Assembly: GCF_009914755.1 (NCBI RefSeq)
Contig: NC_060928.1
DNA: 64,000 nucleotides
Strand: one strand, 5' to 3'
From: the human T2T-CHM13v2.0 reference genome, Homo sapiens
Shown here: one piece after another, positions 13,563-30,722 of the stretch
Numbering within the stretch: position 1 is the stretch's first letter
Layout of the letters: every line of letters begins with the position of its first letter
Made by a program: the position numbers and the translations under genes
The notes under the pieces: generated by a model
The model's database searches: none
Told to the model about the DNA's origin: nothing
What the model saw: only the letters and a program-made list of their open reading frames with translations

Positions 13563-14184
13563 AAATCACAAAGCTACCATCCATTTCGTTTCAATATCTA
13601 CCCAATGTCTAATCATTACTGTCTCTAAGTACTGTCAGAGGACTAAAATTATTTTTAATAAGACAATGAGCTTTTTAACATAATGAATACTAACGAACAT
13701 AATAAAAATGTAATGTTACAAAGTGTACCAAGAAATGTATGAGAATGAAGAGGACTGGCCGTATAGAATTGAAGGCTGGGACACAGGAAGGATGAGATTG
13801 GAAGTTAAGAAGAAAACAAAACAGAGAGGAGAATTAATGGTTGAACTAAAAGACTGTCTATTCACTTAACACCCATGTGTTCTTCATTCATGAAAAAAAA
13901 AGTAGTTATCTACTATATCTACCTCTGGACACCACATCACTAATACATATCAAATGAAATGTTTATTTATCTCACAATGGTTTTCTCACCTACATTTCCG
14001 GTTTTTGTTCATGATGCTTCGCAACAATTAATCTTAAGATCTTTGAGTCCCCAGTCTCTTTATGTTTCTTGAATTTCCTGGCCTTTTTACCATATAATAT
14101 TCCAGAAGCTTTCATGAAAAACTTGGTCAGTATAAGTATCTAAGTAAAAACCACCATTATAGTGATGCTTAAAAAACGTACTTA

Positions 14185-14385
14185 TTAGGGATTCATGTTG
14201 AAATTATATGATCACCAGAGTTTGCTTCAAAATAATACCTGAGAGGAAGAAAGTGGATGGAAATGTAGAGGAAAAAAGACTGGGCTGAGTTGACATCTGT
14301 AGAAGCTGAGAGATAGGTACATAAGGCTTATTAATATTATTTGGTCTACTCTGCATACATTTCAAAGTTTCTAATTTTAAAAATG
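14185..14385 (+). mobile_element. L1MC-like 3' end
   Basis: tttgcttcaaaataat...gaagctgagagataggtacat. Confidence 0.6.
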
Positions 14386-14458
14386 TTGCTGTTGTTTTTT
14401 TTAGGGGTCAGAGATTTAGGAAAATATCATATTTGGGGGCTAGATAAGAAGTTTCAAC

Positions 14459-14826
<368 letters not shown>

Positions 14827-15199
14827 TTATGAATGCTTGCTAATGGGCCACTCTGCTAAGCATTTGAGAGATTTAATCTTATTTAATCTCTATCAGTACT
14901 CCTAGTTAGGTATCCCTAACTCAAAACTTGGTAGAGACTCCTCCTCCAGTATCAGGTCCTTGCATACAGTAGTCACTAGGTTAATATTAACTGTCTAAAT
15001 AATTGAATAAATGATTAAGAAAGTTTTTCCTTTTTCTTTTGTGTTTGTGGTCCTTTATTTGTAAGACAATTGAAAAGCTCTAGCCAAAGTATTCATTGTT
15101 GTTCATCTGGGCTCAGAACATTCTACACAGCATCTTTCACTCACCAACTTACCAATAAACACATTGCTACCAGGCCATTTCTCCCAGTATAGCACTTTG

Positions 15200-15760
15200 T
15201 CCATGATATACTCCTTGAAAACTCTTCAGCAATGCCTCACATGGTATCATGTCCAAGTTGAGCCTCTCACTCAGGCTCTCTATAATACTGTCTCACCTAA
15301 TTTCCACCAGCCACCAAGAATGGGCTTACTCCAGTAAATGCCCCTCTTTTCACTTTCTTGCCTGCAACTGACCATTCATTCATTTATTTTTTATGTGTTG
15401 ATCATCTACTATGTACCAGGTACCGTATTTGCCATTACATTTATACACAGAGAGATATAACAGTGAGCATAACAGGCATGGTCCCTGCCCTTACTGGGCC
15501 ACATCCTCTCTCAGGTTGACCTTCTCCACTTGGGCTGTTCTCAATTTTCAAGATCTTCACACTTAACATTCACCAGCATCCTTTCCTGATCACTTTAACC
15601 TACTGTGTCCTCTCTTTTTTAATTGATGATATCACACATTTGAGCACTTAATTATATTTTGTCTTGTGTTTCTTTCTCTGAGTGTTTTACTTAGGCACAT
15701 CTCCTTTCTTCGATTACACTCTCTTAAACAGAAATTGTATCTTATATTCTTCATCACCAA
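15200..15760. mobile_element. L2 fragments, both orientations
   Basis: cattcattcatttat...tactatgtaccagg...catggtccctgccct (reverse L2 tail) inside forward L2-like sequence. Confidence 0.5.
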
Positions 15761-17760
15761 ACTGAATGTAACTCAGCTGACTTCAATGATATATGTACAA
15801 CATGAAGTTAATAAATAGCTTTCAGTATTGAAAAGAGCCAAGCATACAAAGTCAAAATAATAATAGATCAAGATCTAATTTATCTTTGAAAATGGAGAAA
15901 TAAAACGCTCTAGGAAAGGTACAGGTATGTAAATAGGGAGAATAAAGGTACAAAAAAAGAAATTTTTCCCATATGGTATAACTGTCTCCAATAATGTATA
16001 ATATTTTAGGGGATCTATGAAACATCAGTCTTTTCCTTTAATTCTTGCATTTCATAGAACATAATTTAGAGGCCATACCATAGGCCAAATTTATTAGGGC
16101 TCTGCTATGATGTCAATAATATTGATAGGAGCAAATTAAGTCTTTACTTATTTAGAAGAAAAACTCTTTTTCAACAGAAGTAAAGATTAATATTTAGAAA
16201 GAGAGAGTATAACATTTACCTAAAAAGAACATTACTATAGTTTAACCGTGTATAAAACTGTAACTAAAAAGTTTAATAAGTGGACTTGCAGACTTCTCAT
16301 GTCAAACATAACTTTCTTGCAGAAATCCAGCTATGACAAACATTAGACCTGATTTTCTTATATGTATTACTTGTCTCTTTCGGATTATTATTTTGGATTA
16401 TACTGTATTTTGTCTACAATGTGCTAATATTATAACTCATAATAAGATAATCCTACTTAGATTGTTTCCTAGAGAATCAATAATAGTAAGGTCCTCTTAG
16501 TCTGAAATGAATGTCATTATTTTCCTAAATTCTACCTGTTCTGCAAAGCTGCTTCTCATGCCATCTATTTTGGGAGGTCTTCCCAACCGCCCATATTTTA
16601 GCCAATCTTTACATGTCCTTTCATATATACTAATTAATATAGTGTAAATTCTCTGAGAGTAGGATTTGGACCTGTTGACATATTTTTATTCCTCCCAGCA
16701 GCTACATTGAAAGCATTACCTTCAAAGTATTCAATAACAAGTGACCTTTTCTAATGATAAGAACAATTGTGTATAAAAATATAGATGAATAAATATGTAT
16801 AAAAAGTTCTTTCACAAGTCCATTAAGCACATAGAAAATTTCACAAGCAAAAATTATATACATATTTCTAAATGTCACCCTAAAAATGCATTTTTCCAAA
16901 CTGTATAAATTTTTTTTTGCTAAAATTCTAAGTTCTTATCAAGTGAGCTAAATTAACCAAACCTGAAAATAAATTTCCTTTGCAACTAACTCCTAGGTCT
17001 ATTTAACAAGTCATTTTCTCTGTATTGCTTTGATTCCTTCTTCCTTCAGTTCTATTTCTTCTTAGTCCCTGCAGAGTATAACTTGGGCAAATTTAGAGTA
17101 TGAATTAGACAAATGAAAATTACAATAATAGTTGGTATGGTTAAAAGTGTTGAATAACTTTTGGATAAATCACCATCACCTGTCAAACTTTGGATTTGTC
17201 AAATGTTTCCTAATTATATGATAGGATTTCCTTGCCTAGAGACAGTCTTTGCCTGACTAAAAGCATAAAATCTACATCAAAATTGTAATTTAAAACACCA
17301 AAGCGAGGTGGTAAAAAAGATCAACGAAGAAAAAGAAACCCAACTAACAATGGTTGGTAATTTCAACAGTGAAGAGCTTAGGTTTAGTGCTACTCAATAG
17401 CCCTAAAGGAATAAATGAGAAAAATAAGAAGAACGTAATATGAATATCATACATTTATTCCAGCTATTCTGAAATATAGCCTTGTGAGTTTTATGTTTAA
17501 ATGCCCATTCCTTCCATGAAATGATGACAATAACAAATGGTAATTCCATTTAGAAAATAAAGAATGGAAAACATTAGGCATCTGCCAAAATTTATTTTGA
17601 AGTTTTACTTATCAGGGGAATCTAAATGTTAGAAAATCACTGGCCTAGTCAGTCAACCAACCATGTAAGAAAGACCTATCTTACAAAAAACAATCTTTGA
17701 ACTGTGAAGAAGGTTAAAGCAGATTTTTTAAAAATGTTATAGTCCCATGAGAACAGTTGG

Positions 17761-18067
<307 letters not shown>

Positions 18068-18094
18068 GAGAATCATTGTTAAATACAGAATAAG

Positions 18095-18415
18095 GGCTGG
18101 GCACGGTGGCTCACGCCTGTAATCCCAGCACTTTAGGAAGCCAAGGCAGGCGGACCACCTGAGGTCAGGAGTTAGAGACCAGCCTGGCCAATGTAGTGAG
18201 ACCCCATCTCTATAAAAATGCAAAAATTAGCTGGGCGTGGTGGAGGCCACCTGTAATCCCAGCTACTCAGGAGGCTGAGGTAGGAGAATGGCTTGAACCC
18301 AGGAGACAGAGGTTACATTGAGCCAAGATCGGGCTACTGCACTGTAGCCTGGGTGACAGAGCGAGACTCCATCTCAGAAAAAAACAAAAAAAAAACAAAA
18401 ACAAAAACAAAAAAA
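18095..18415 (+). mobile_element. AluS
   Basis: Full dimer, (A4-5C)n tail; TSD-like aaa(t/a)acagaa. Confidence 0.95.
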
Positions 18416-19058
18416 CAGAAGAAACCATGAGTTAAATATAAAACCATATTTGAGACTCTGAAAATGAACTGACTTTCAGGCTCAGGCATTTCTAGCTACA
18501 ACATTATACTATTTTCCAAAAAACATTTCTTATACATATGAAGTTGTATTTATTTTCCTGGCACTGTCACCATTTCTGAAAGAGTATTATTAATTTGTCA
18601 GAACAGTATAGTGTTGAAAAAGAAAAGCAATCTACCATGATGAAATGTCATAATTATGTAAATTTTAATTTAATCATTAAAAAAAGTTCTGGCTGTGCAC
18701 CAGGGTTTTTTCTAATATCCTAAAGTAAACAGTCCTCTCAGTAAACTAAAGGAAAAATGCAAATAAAAATCATGAGCACTTTTCAATAAGAAAAATGTTT
18801 AAGTGCTGGATACTTAACTAACTAGTATCTTAACAACAGATCCCTGACAAGCTGAACATGTGTATGTGATTGCCTTTGAATTCACTAGAGAAGACTGGAA
18901 TGGGAAGTTGGACTGTTACCTGAAAGAAACATACAAAAATAAAGACATATAAGAATAGACATCAAATTATATTAAAATGTATAAAATGCAATATAGTTTA
19001 TAATTAAACGGATTAAATATATAATTGCAAAATAGTTTGTTTATTAAATATCTTTCAC

Positions 19059-19265
19059 CAGCGCTCTCCAGTAGAGCAATGATGAAAATGTTCAACACTC
19101 TGCACTGTCCAATGCAGGAGCCACCAGTCACATGTGTCTGTTGGATACCTAAAATGTGGCTAGTGTGACTGAGGAATAGAAAAGTTTAACTTCATTTAAT
19201 TTTCATTAATTGAATTTTAAATAGCCACATGTGGCTTGTGGACACCATATTGGTCAGCGCAACTA
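19059..19265 (+). mobile_element. MER3 (hAT-Charlie non-autonomous DNA transposon)
   Basis: cagcgctctcca...gatgaaaatgttc...aaatgtggctagtgtgactgaggaa...atagccacatgtggc...ttggtcagcgc. Confidence 0.85.
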
Positions 19266-20112
19266 TAGACGATACAAAATGGAAATACTAATGTACCTCC
19301 CTCTTCCTGAACTTGAAAATAAAAGAAATACCTTTACGGTAAAAACATGCAAGATCACCTTAAAACATGAGTCAATGTCAGCAGGACTTTAAGGTATGGT
19401 GGGTCAATAAAAAAGGGGAAACCAGCCAGCAATGGAAATAGAGAAAACAAACCTAAAAGCAATGATTGAGAATACCTATCTAAGCACTACCTGGGAAAGA
19501 AGATCGCTGGTCCAAATGATGGACATGTCTGTTTCCAAGGGCAGTGTACCCTTGCAGGGGAGCCAGACACATCCATTTCCAATAGCCTGATAGAATCACA
19601 CTTGAGAATTACCTCCCTACCTCTGCTTCCTCTAATCCCATTCTCACCAAATAAACTCCTTAGTAAAATACTTTCTCTTGTGAATTTAACCATGAAGAGA
19701 GAATGCATCAAGCCAAGTGTCTAAAGGTCTCTCAAATTATTTTTTCCATTCACAATTAGTAAATTGGCAATCTGTCTTAAGTATCATTATGTATGATTAA
19801 TGTGAGTCTATTCCTGCAAGGTAGAGCCACAAAATTAGTTTCTAAACAGAACCATCACAAACTTTCAAAGTATATGCCACTTTTTCCTGACAATCAGGTG
19901 CTCAGGATCTTAAAAATGTGGGATGATTCCAATAGACAATGAAAAAAGTAATATTACTAGAAACGGTTCAGCGAGCGACATCATGCTACCATCAAAGCCA
20001 AAGAAAGAGCTCTCAGATCTGTGAGGTATTGAGTGATTTCCAGTAGAGAAAGAAAAACTTCTTTAAGGACTATGTGGCACCCAACCTCTCCTTCTTTATG
20101 AAGAAAAACTTA

Positions 20113-20260
20113 GGCCAGGTGCTGTGGCTCACATCTGTAATCCCAACACTTTGGGAGGCCAAGGTGAAAGGATCACTTGAGCTTAGGAATTCAAGACCCG
20201 TCTAGACAATATAGCAAAACCCCATCTCTACAAAAAATAAATTAAATAAGTAAATAAAAA
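20113..20260 (+). mobile_element. Free left Alu monomer (FLAM-like)
   Basis: Single monomer plus A tail with perfect TSD gaagaaaaactt (20100-20111 and 20261-20272). Confidence 0.88.
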
Positions 20261-20307
20261 GAAGAAAAACTTTTCCTTCTAGTTTGTATTTTTAAAAACA
20301 TATAACA

Positions 20308-20614
<307 letters not shown>

Positions 20615-20845
20615 CTATAACAAAACATATGTTTTGGTGACTCACTATTTAGCAGTCTCGTAGAGAAATGAACAGTCAGGGACAATTAGGAAAAGTAAGA
20701 CAAAGATGCACAATGTTATCTGAGATTTTTATTAGTGTATGCTATTTCTGTCTTTAGAAAATTCTTACTGATTATGGCACTAAGTTGATGGAATCTAAAA
20801 GTGGCCAGACATGATGGAAGATTTGTTTCAGAACTAAGGATTGTA

Positions 20846-21056
20846 GACCAGCTTGGGTAACACAGCAAAACCCTGTCTCTATAAAAAATTAAAACAAAAA
20901 ATTAGCTGGGCATGGTGTTGCACGCCTGTGGTTCCAGCTACTCAGGAGGCTGAGATGGGAGGATCACTTGAGCCAGAGAGGCAGAAGTTACAGTGGGTTG
21001 TGATGCTGCCACTGCACACCACCCTGGGTGACACACACACACAAAAGAAAGAAAAG
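20846..21056 (+). mobile_element. 5'-truncated AluJ
   Basis: Starts at agaccagc; right arm has ggaggatcacttgagcc. Confidence 0.85.
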
Positions 21057-21604
21057 TATTCTTCTTAATCTGGATGTTTTCTAGTGTTACAAGCTTAAAA
21101 CTTTTTTTTTAACACTGGTTTGCACTGGTAGGAGTTTTTATTCAATTTTTTTTAAGCTGGAAATTTAACCTTTTGACTTCAACAGTTGTTTGGCTGGAAA
21201 CTACACAAGATATAGACCCAAAATTCTACAGAGACATATGGTGATATGGAATCAGGATTCAACCATCTTTGAGGAAAAATATCTGTGAATTAAAGGGCAA
21301 AAGGTAGAAGCCTCTATGTTTATATACTGTTTCCATGATCTCTACTCATTGTTTCCTCTTTAGTTTAAAAAGGTAGAAATAAATGAAGAAAAGAGGGAAA
21401 AGAAACATTTAACCTACTTTCTTTGGTACACTAGAAATAATCTTTCCTATTACTGATTTTAATTATTGAAAAGATTGACAAATCTGTCCTGCTCTTCATT
21501 TGCATACCTCGGTAGCTACTGATCAGGTATTCTGAATGGCTTGTTAGCCTGTTCTCAAAAATACAGATGTTAATGTATTTTTTAGGTTATTATTTTAAAA
21601 ATGG

Positions 21605-21920
<316 letters not shown>

Positions 21921-23099
21921 ACCACTAACTTTCCCATTAAAAAATCATTTGAGTAACTATCCTTCCTTTACTTTCTTAAAAGTCTGTCTCTTCTCCATTA
22001 CATGGAGATAGATAGCACTCTCCAAAGCTTCTCCAGCCCAAGTCACATCTTTATTATTTTCTATATCTCATTTAACAAATTTTAACCGCTGACAAGATGA
22101 TAAGACCAAAAAGTCAAAGCAATATTCTGAATTATGAACTCATCAAACTCAAGTGCAGAGGGCTGTAACATGATGCTTCTAAACAGCAAACCACATTAGC
22201 TTGCATCTGCTGTCATATGATATTGCAAGTTCAAGTTATCTGGTTTGTCATTCTCACCTTGGCTCTTTTTTTTTTTTTATTTTCTAAGGACTTCTAATGC
22301 CTCTCAGACATGGATTTGATCTAGTCTTTATACATCATTGAATTGGTTCTTTTTCATACTTATATTTTTACTTCTTCTTTAGGATACTGTACAGTTTCTT
22401 TTTATGCACTGTCTAGAAATTTAACTTTCACTTGTCAATTTGATTAAAGTATGTATTTCACAAGTAGATAAAAAATAAACTTTAATTTAAAAAAATACTT
22501 TCCTTTAATACCAACAGTGAAATCATTCTCTACAATGCTATATAATAGAAATCACTTATTACATCCTTTTATTTACACATCTCTAGCTATTTAAATATTT
22601 GTAGTAATCACACTTGTAGCCATTTTCCATGTAAAACTTCCTGATATTTAAAATCATTATTTCAATGAAAATAGCATATGGGTTTGGTAAACTATTATAC
22701 AGGGATAATCTGCCCTAATCTACTTCACAGGATTTTCTTCTTTAGTAGAAAAAAAATCTTATAAATTACTAAATATCAAACTTAGATGTGGGGATGAATT
22801 TCCACTTCCATTCCAAATCAACACTGTGAATATAAGGCAATATAAATTTCTTATGGCTACAGCAAGTTTTATTGAGATTTAAAACCTTGGAATTTAAAAT
22901 CATTTTAATGTGGTAAAGAAAAATTTGGTAGACAGATGACCAATTATGGTCAAAACAGATGACAAAAAGATGGGATTTTTGTCAAAAGAATTCAACATAC
23001 AATTATGATAATTAGCGTACATTTTAAGTGCATATGATATACAAGATATTTTACAATCAGATAAATGAAGAGAGATTAAAATAGCATTCATTGGGTGAT

Positions 23100-24080
23100 T
23101 TCTGTCTATTCATCTAATATTTTTTGAAAGCTTACTTTGTGCCAAGTACTATAAATATTGAAGATAGATAGAGTAGTGAAACAACCAAAGGAAAACAAAC
23201 ACCTGCCTTCATGGAGCTTTCATTTGAATAGGGAAAGACAGTCAATTAATGTAATAAATGACAAATTATATACTATGTTGGAAGACATTATTTTATAGAA
23301 AGAAAAATAGCAGGCTAACAAAAATAGGAAGTGCCAGAGATGGGAGAGAAGATCAGAATTTCAAATTAACTACACTAACCAGTTACAATCTATAGTAACC
23401 CATTACAATCTAGATGGAAACTCACTCCAAAAGCTAAATAACCATAAAAGGAAAGCTGGAGAAATTGCTTTTGAGATAGGTTTTGAAGGACAGCTAGGAT
23501 AATAGAATGGATGGGAACAGTGCAAGCAAAGAGGTGGGAGCAGAAAAAGGTCCAAGTGTTAGAGGATGCTTTATAAGTATAAAGGCAATGAAAAAAAATC
23601 CATAAAGGAAAAAATGGACAAACGTGACATACATAAAAATTTTAAAATTCTATAACCATATGCAAAGTAACAAACCCCAACTAATACACTGAACTATACA
23701 AAAAAATTCATTCAAAACGGATCACAGGACTAAATGTAAAAACAAAAATTAAAACTTATAGGAGAAAACATAGGGGAAAAATCTTTGTGACAAACAAGGA
23801 TTTCTTAGATAGGATACAAAATGCCTGAGCCATAAAAGAAAAAAAAATAGTTAAACTGGATTTAACAAACAGGAGAGGGTGAAGGGTGGATCAACAGTTA
23901 ACATGGGAATGAAAGACACTGGATGGGCGGGGAGAGAGAGAGACAATAGGGCCACACTCGGAGGATCCCTGAATGGCCAATTAGATAGTGGGTAATTAAG
24001 AGCCACTATAGACATTAGGGCATAGGAGTGACACATAAAAGTTATATGTGATAATAGTTTATCTTACAACATTGTGTGGA
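23100..24080 (-). mobile_element. L2 remnants, interrupted at 23568-23869
   Basis: ttactttgtgccaag...cctgccttcatggagct; ggttttgaagga...aacagtgcaagcaaag. Confidence 0.55.
23568..23869 (+). mobile_element. L1M ORF2 fragment, local duplicate of 25221-25518
   Basis: Collinear with 25221-25518, including the same non-consensus junctions. Confidence 0.8.
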
Positions 24081-25149
24081 TGACAATGAAGAAGATAGGA
24101 TTCATTGCCCTGGCTCTTGGAAATTACCAAAAGCACAATAATGTTAATAAACATATCCCTCCAAAATCAATGGATAAAAATATTAACTTAAGCTTTCAAG
24201 TGAAAACCTAGGAACACTGCAGAAAATAACTGCTTACAAAAGAACTGGCTGAATAATAAAAAAACCAAAATACAAATCTTGAACTGTACACCAACTACTG
24301 TTATAAGGTAAAACTATAAACACGGTGAACATTTTAATTATTCCACTTATTAAAAATATCACCAAAAAAAGCTACTCAGGAAAAGTAAACAAGTGTAGGG
24401 TTCTAGCAAAAAAGAAAGCTATAAGCTCAGAGTATAACCATCCCCGGACACATAGAATATGAATCAATGTTACTCTAGATAACACTAGTTACTCTAGTTA
24501 CTCATAGTCTAGAAGATTTGTGGTGCTTTGACTTTCTAATTTCCAAAATACCAAGTTTATATTAGTAGAATTTTTTTCCCCTGATCAGTGCAGCTCGTTC
24601 AATTACCAAAAGTTAAAATCAAGTTTATCAAGGCTCTTAAGATTATGAATTTTATTTTTATAAAGTCCTCCATTATCTTAAATTACTCTAAGAAAGTTAT
24701 TCACCTTGGTTCATAATCCTCCAAATAAGAATATTTTACTATTAATTTGTGTGAACATTTGTAAATAAAATTAATATAAAAATGAAGTTTCTATAATTTT
24801 CCCTTATTCTTTTATGTCCATCCCCATTTCACATTTTGAATAAACAATTTTATCTTAAGTAATTGCGTTAATGTCATGTGTGATATCCTAAGATAGAAAA
24901 GCAATTTTTAACAGTCATGAATACTGATCCAATTATTTTCAGGGACAGGCATATATATCAATATGTAGATGTGAGAATAACACTATGAGGCTGGATTTAC
25001 AGGGCAAAAAAACACAGTGGCGAAAGCAACAAACAGAAATTGACTTCTTTAACAAGTGATACGATAATCAGGTGAAGCATTTTCAATCTATTATTTCTTT
25101 TTATAAACCCCCATATGATGGGCTTTGCTTTTCAACATACACAATATTA

Positions 25150-26477
25150 AATATTCATCTTGATTATAAAACTAAAAGAAAATACACATGAATTTTTACC
25201 TGACATTGTGATAGGAAAAAGCTTCATACGTATAAAGGCAATGAAAAAATCCATAAAGGAAAAAATGGACAAATGTGACAGACACATAAACCTTACAACT
25301 CTAGAACCACACGAAAAGTAATGAACACCAACCAATACACTAAACTATACACAAACATTAATTCAAAATGGGTCACAAGACTAAATGTAAAAACAAAAAC
25401 TAAAACTTATAGAAGAAAACATAGGAGAAAAATATTTGTGACAAACAAGGATTTCTTATATAGGATACAAAAAGCCTGAGTCATAAAAGAAAAAAAAAGA
25501 CAAACTAGATTTATCAAAAATTTTGAACTTCTGTTATTTGAAAATTACTGTTAAGAAAATGAAAAGATAAGCTACAGACTGGAACAAAAATCATTTACAT
25601 AATATATGTCTGATAAATGACTGGTGTCCAAAACATACTTAAAAACTTGCACCTAATTATAAGAAAACAACCTAATAAATAAGATGGGCAAGAGATTTGA
25701 ACACACAGGCCACCAAAGATATACGGATGGCAAATAAGCACATAAAAAATGTCCAACATCATTAGACGCTAGAGAAATACAAATTAAAGTTTTGATGACA
25801 TACCGCTACACACCTATTAGAATGGCTAAAATAAAAAATATTGCGAATGTCAAGGGATGGCAAGGTTGTGGAGTAACTGGACTACTTATACAATCCTGCT
25901 AGGAATGTAAAATGGTACAATCACTTTGGGAAAGAGTTTGGTGGTTTCTTATAATGTTAAAATATACTCACTATATGACTCAGCATAAATATTTTCCCAA
26001 GAGAAATAAAAACATATATCTATACAAGAACCTGTACACAAATATTTATAGCAACTTTATTTATAATTATCATCCAGGAAACAACCAGTTCATCAACTGG
26101 TAAATTTATTAAAAATTTATTACTACTTAGCAATAAAAAGAAATTAACTACTGATATATACAACATAGATGAATCACAAAAGTGTATTCTAAGTGATAGA
26201 CACCGTACTCAAAAAGCATATACCGTGTGATTCCATTTAGATGACTTTCTAGAAAAAGGCAAAAGTATAGAGAAAGGAAAAAAAATCAGTGGCTGCCAGA
26301 GACTGAGGATAAGGGAGGAAATTGACTCCAAAGGGCAAGAAGAAACTTTCCAGGTGATGGGAATATTATCTTGATTGAGATGGTTGCTATGTGACTGCAT
26401 ACATTTGTCAAAACTGACAGGACTATACCTCTGAAATGCATAGATTTTTCTGTATAGAAATTATACCTCAATAAACC
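25150..26477 (+). mobile_element. Old L1M (L1MD/ME-like) ORF2 3' part and 3' UTR
   Basis: gaagaaaacataggag, acacctattagaatggctaaa, aaaatggtacaatcactttgg, ending ttatacctcaataaa. Confidence 0.85.
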
Positions 26478-26827
<350 letters not shown>

Positions 26828-26831
26828 CTAA

Positions 26832-28010
<1,179 letters not shown>

Positions 28011-28244
28011 TAAAATTACAGCAGCTTTTTAAAAGTTATTTTTAACACATTGTCCCCACAAAGTAAATTATACGTGGTAAAGTATCTTTCTAAGTCAGCT
28101 TTTGGTATATTTAAAAATTGAATCTGGTATCTGATAAATTGCACTTTCAAAACATCTAAATTGGTAGATACAAACCTTATGATAAAAATCCAGTTTTCTT
28201 TGGAGTTGTAACAAAAAGTAGCAGTTTTAAAAAGCAATAATTGA

Positions 28245-28576
<332 letters not shown>

Positions 28577-30309
28577 TACTTGAAGTTTTATAGTAAAATA
28601 AGTGTTTCTCAAACTGTATGTTGCAGTTACCTGGAGGCGATTCAGAATTAGGATGTCTGTGGAATCACACTAGGAAAAACAGCATTTAAATCCAGGAATT
28701 TTAAGCAAATTGAGGGCAAGAATCATTTTTTTTTAATTATTTTTTCAGCTCTAGAAGCTGGCCCAGAACTGAGCATACAGTAGGAAGTCCACAAATGTTT
28801 CATTTTAAAAGTTAAAATCAAACAGCAACATCCAGTAAATCTAGGCTTAAAAAATGATTTTTTTATTTCAAACTAAATCTGCCATTTCCAAAAATACAGA
28901 CTATTGTTTTTTAGAAATGCTAAATTGTTTACTTGAAATCCTAAGTCCATGATGAAGTTTGGAGGTCTAACACTGCTTTCATCACAGGGACCAACAATTA
29001 AAGGGAAGATTCTCTTTGGCTGATAGAACCAAGTTTATACAGTTTATGCATCCTCTATTTTCCTCCTGCTTCTCTCCACATGGCCAGATTTATTTTGGAA
29101 TGGTAGTGGGGTCTCAGTCAATGAGGTATATTAATAATGGAACAAAACTTTAAAAAAGTTCTAAGAAAATATTTAACATTATTTACTCCAACAGTCTCTC
29201 CCCACCATATACACACACAATTAGGACTTGATATTCTCACTTTAAGAATCTGTAATGTAGATGAAGGCAGGAATCTTAATCGTTTGGCTCACCACACTAT
29301 TATGCCAGAACCCCAAAATATTAGCTCAACAAATAGATTAACCATACAAAATTTTTAGTTTGAAGGAAAAAGAAACAAAGAAATAAGAACTATTTGCCAC
29401 ATTATCATCAATTAGTAGTTAATAAGCATCTCCTACTAAAGACCATAAACTAAGCAGTTCTGTAGTAGGCTGGATTCAAATTAAGGAAATTTAATTTTTA
29501 TTTTAAACAACTGCTAGGATCATCTTTCTTAGGAGGTCCTTTACAAACATTCTGAACCAGAATAATTTATATTTATTTATTTTTACTCAAATGAGTATAG
29601 AAGCAAATACTTTCCCAGTTTGGGACTGATGATGTTTCAAAAATTAATAAAAATTAAAATGAAAGTACATGGCATTTGTTAAAGGGTAATAAAATAACTC
29701 CAGTCAATTGGCTAGTTCTACACCAGTAGATTTCTTTAAATGGTAATGAAATCATTGCTTTAAAAAAAATCCATCATTATTAAAATAAAAAAAAAAGTTG
29801 CTTCAGCCTCCACCAAAATTAGATTTGTAAGTTGCTGGTCATTCCTATAATTAAATCTGTGTCACAAATTTGCAAGAAAAATGATCACTGTGACTAATGC
29901 ATTTACTTGCTACACAAGTCCTGCCAGACAGCATAGAACATTATGCTGCTAAAATGGAATAGGTACAGATCCTATACATTTTTATTAAGTAACAAAGACC
30001 ATTTTTTATTTACAATGATTGTACTTCAGATAAGAGTTTGTTTTAAAAACAAACCCACATAGAGCTATCAGTGGGTCTTCTTGATTGGAGCATTATACCA
30101 TATTTTTAACTCTGCAAATATGTTTGTCACTTTGGCACACACATCACTGTTTTTCTAGAGAGGTGTCATGTAAAAAATGATCTAGTGAAAGAAACACAAA
30201 CATGTTCAGGTTGCCAGAGTCCCTGATTCTAGGGGTTTCTTCATTTGACTTCTCCAAATAATTTTAATTCACTTCTTTGATGGCGTGATTGAGAAGCGAC
30301 CTCAGAGAA

Positions 30310-30722
30310 CAGTGTTTCCCAAAGTATAAATGAAAACAAGATGACTCAAAGGACATGTGCACAAAGAATTAGTAATGCAACTTACTGTCTTTTCAACTCT
30401 CTTTCAATCCTTTGGATTGCAGAAGGAGAAAGTGCTTTGTTTGGTGCTGGTGCTAATTTCACCTTTTATTAAAAGAAGGGCAGGCATCAGATTCAGAGCC
30501 TTGAATACGCAGCAGAGGTTAGCTACAAATTAATAGTAGCTTTTTTTTCCATTGACTTAATTTCAGTTACCTTCTATTCACGACAAGATAGTTCTTTATT
30601 TATAGTGTTGATGTAAAGTTTTGGCTTGAAATAAATTTAAATTGAAAATGTGAGTCTTATTTAACAAACAGTATGCTGACATGGCAAAAGCTATAATGAT
30701 GTCTGAATGCTGGAAAGCACTG
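30310..30722. mobile_element. hAT-Charlie-type non-autonomous DNA transposon
   Basis: Imperfect terminal inverted repeats cagtgtttccca ... tggaaagcactg; family not resolved. Confidence 0.5.
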
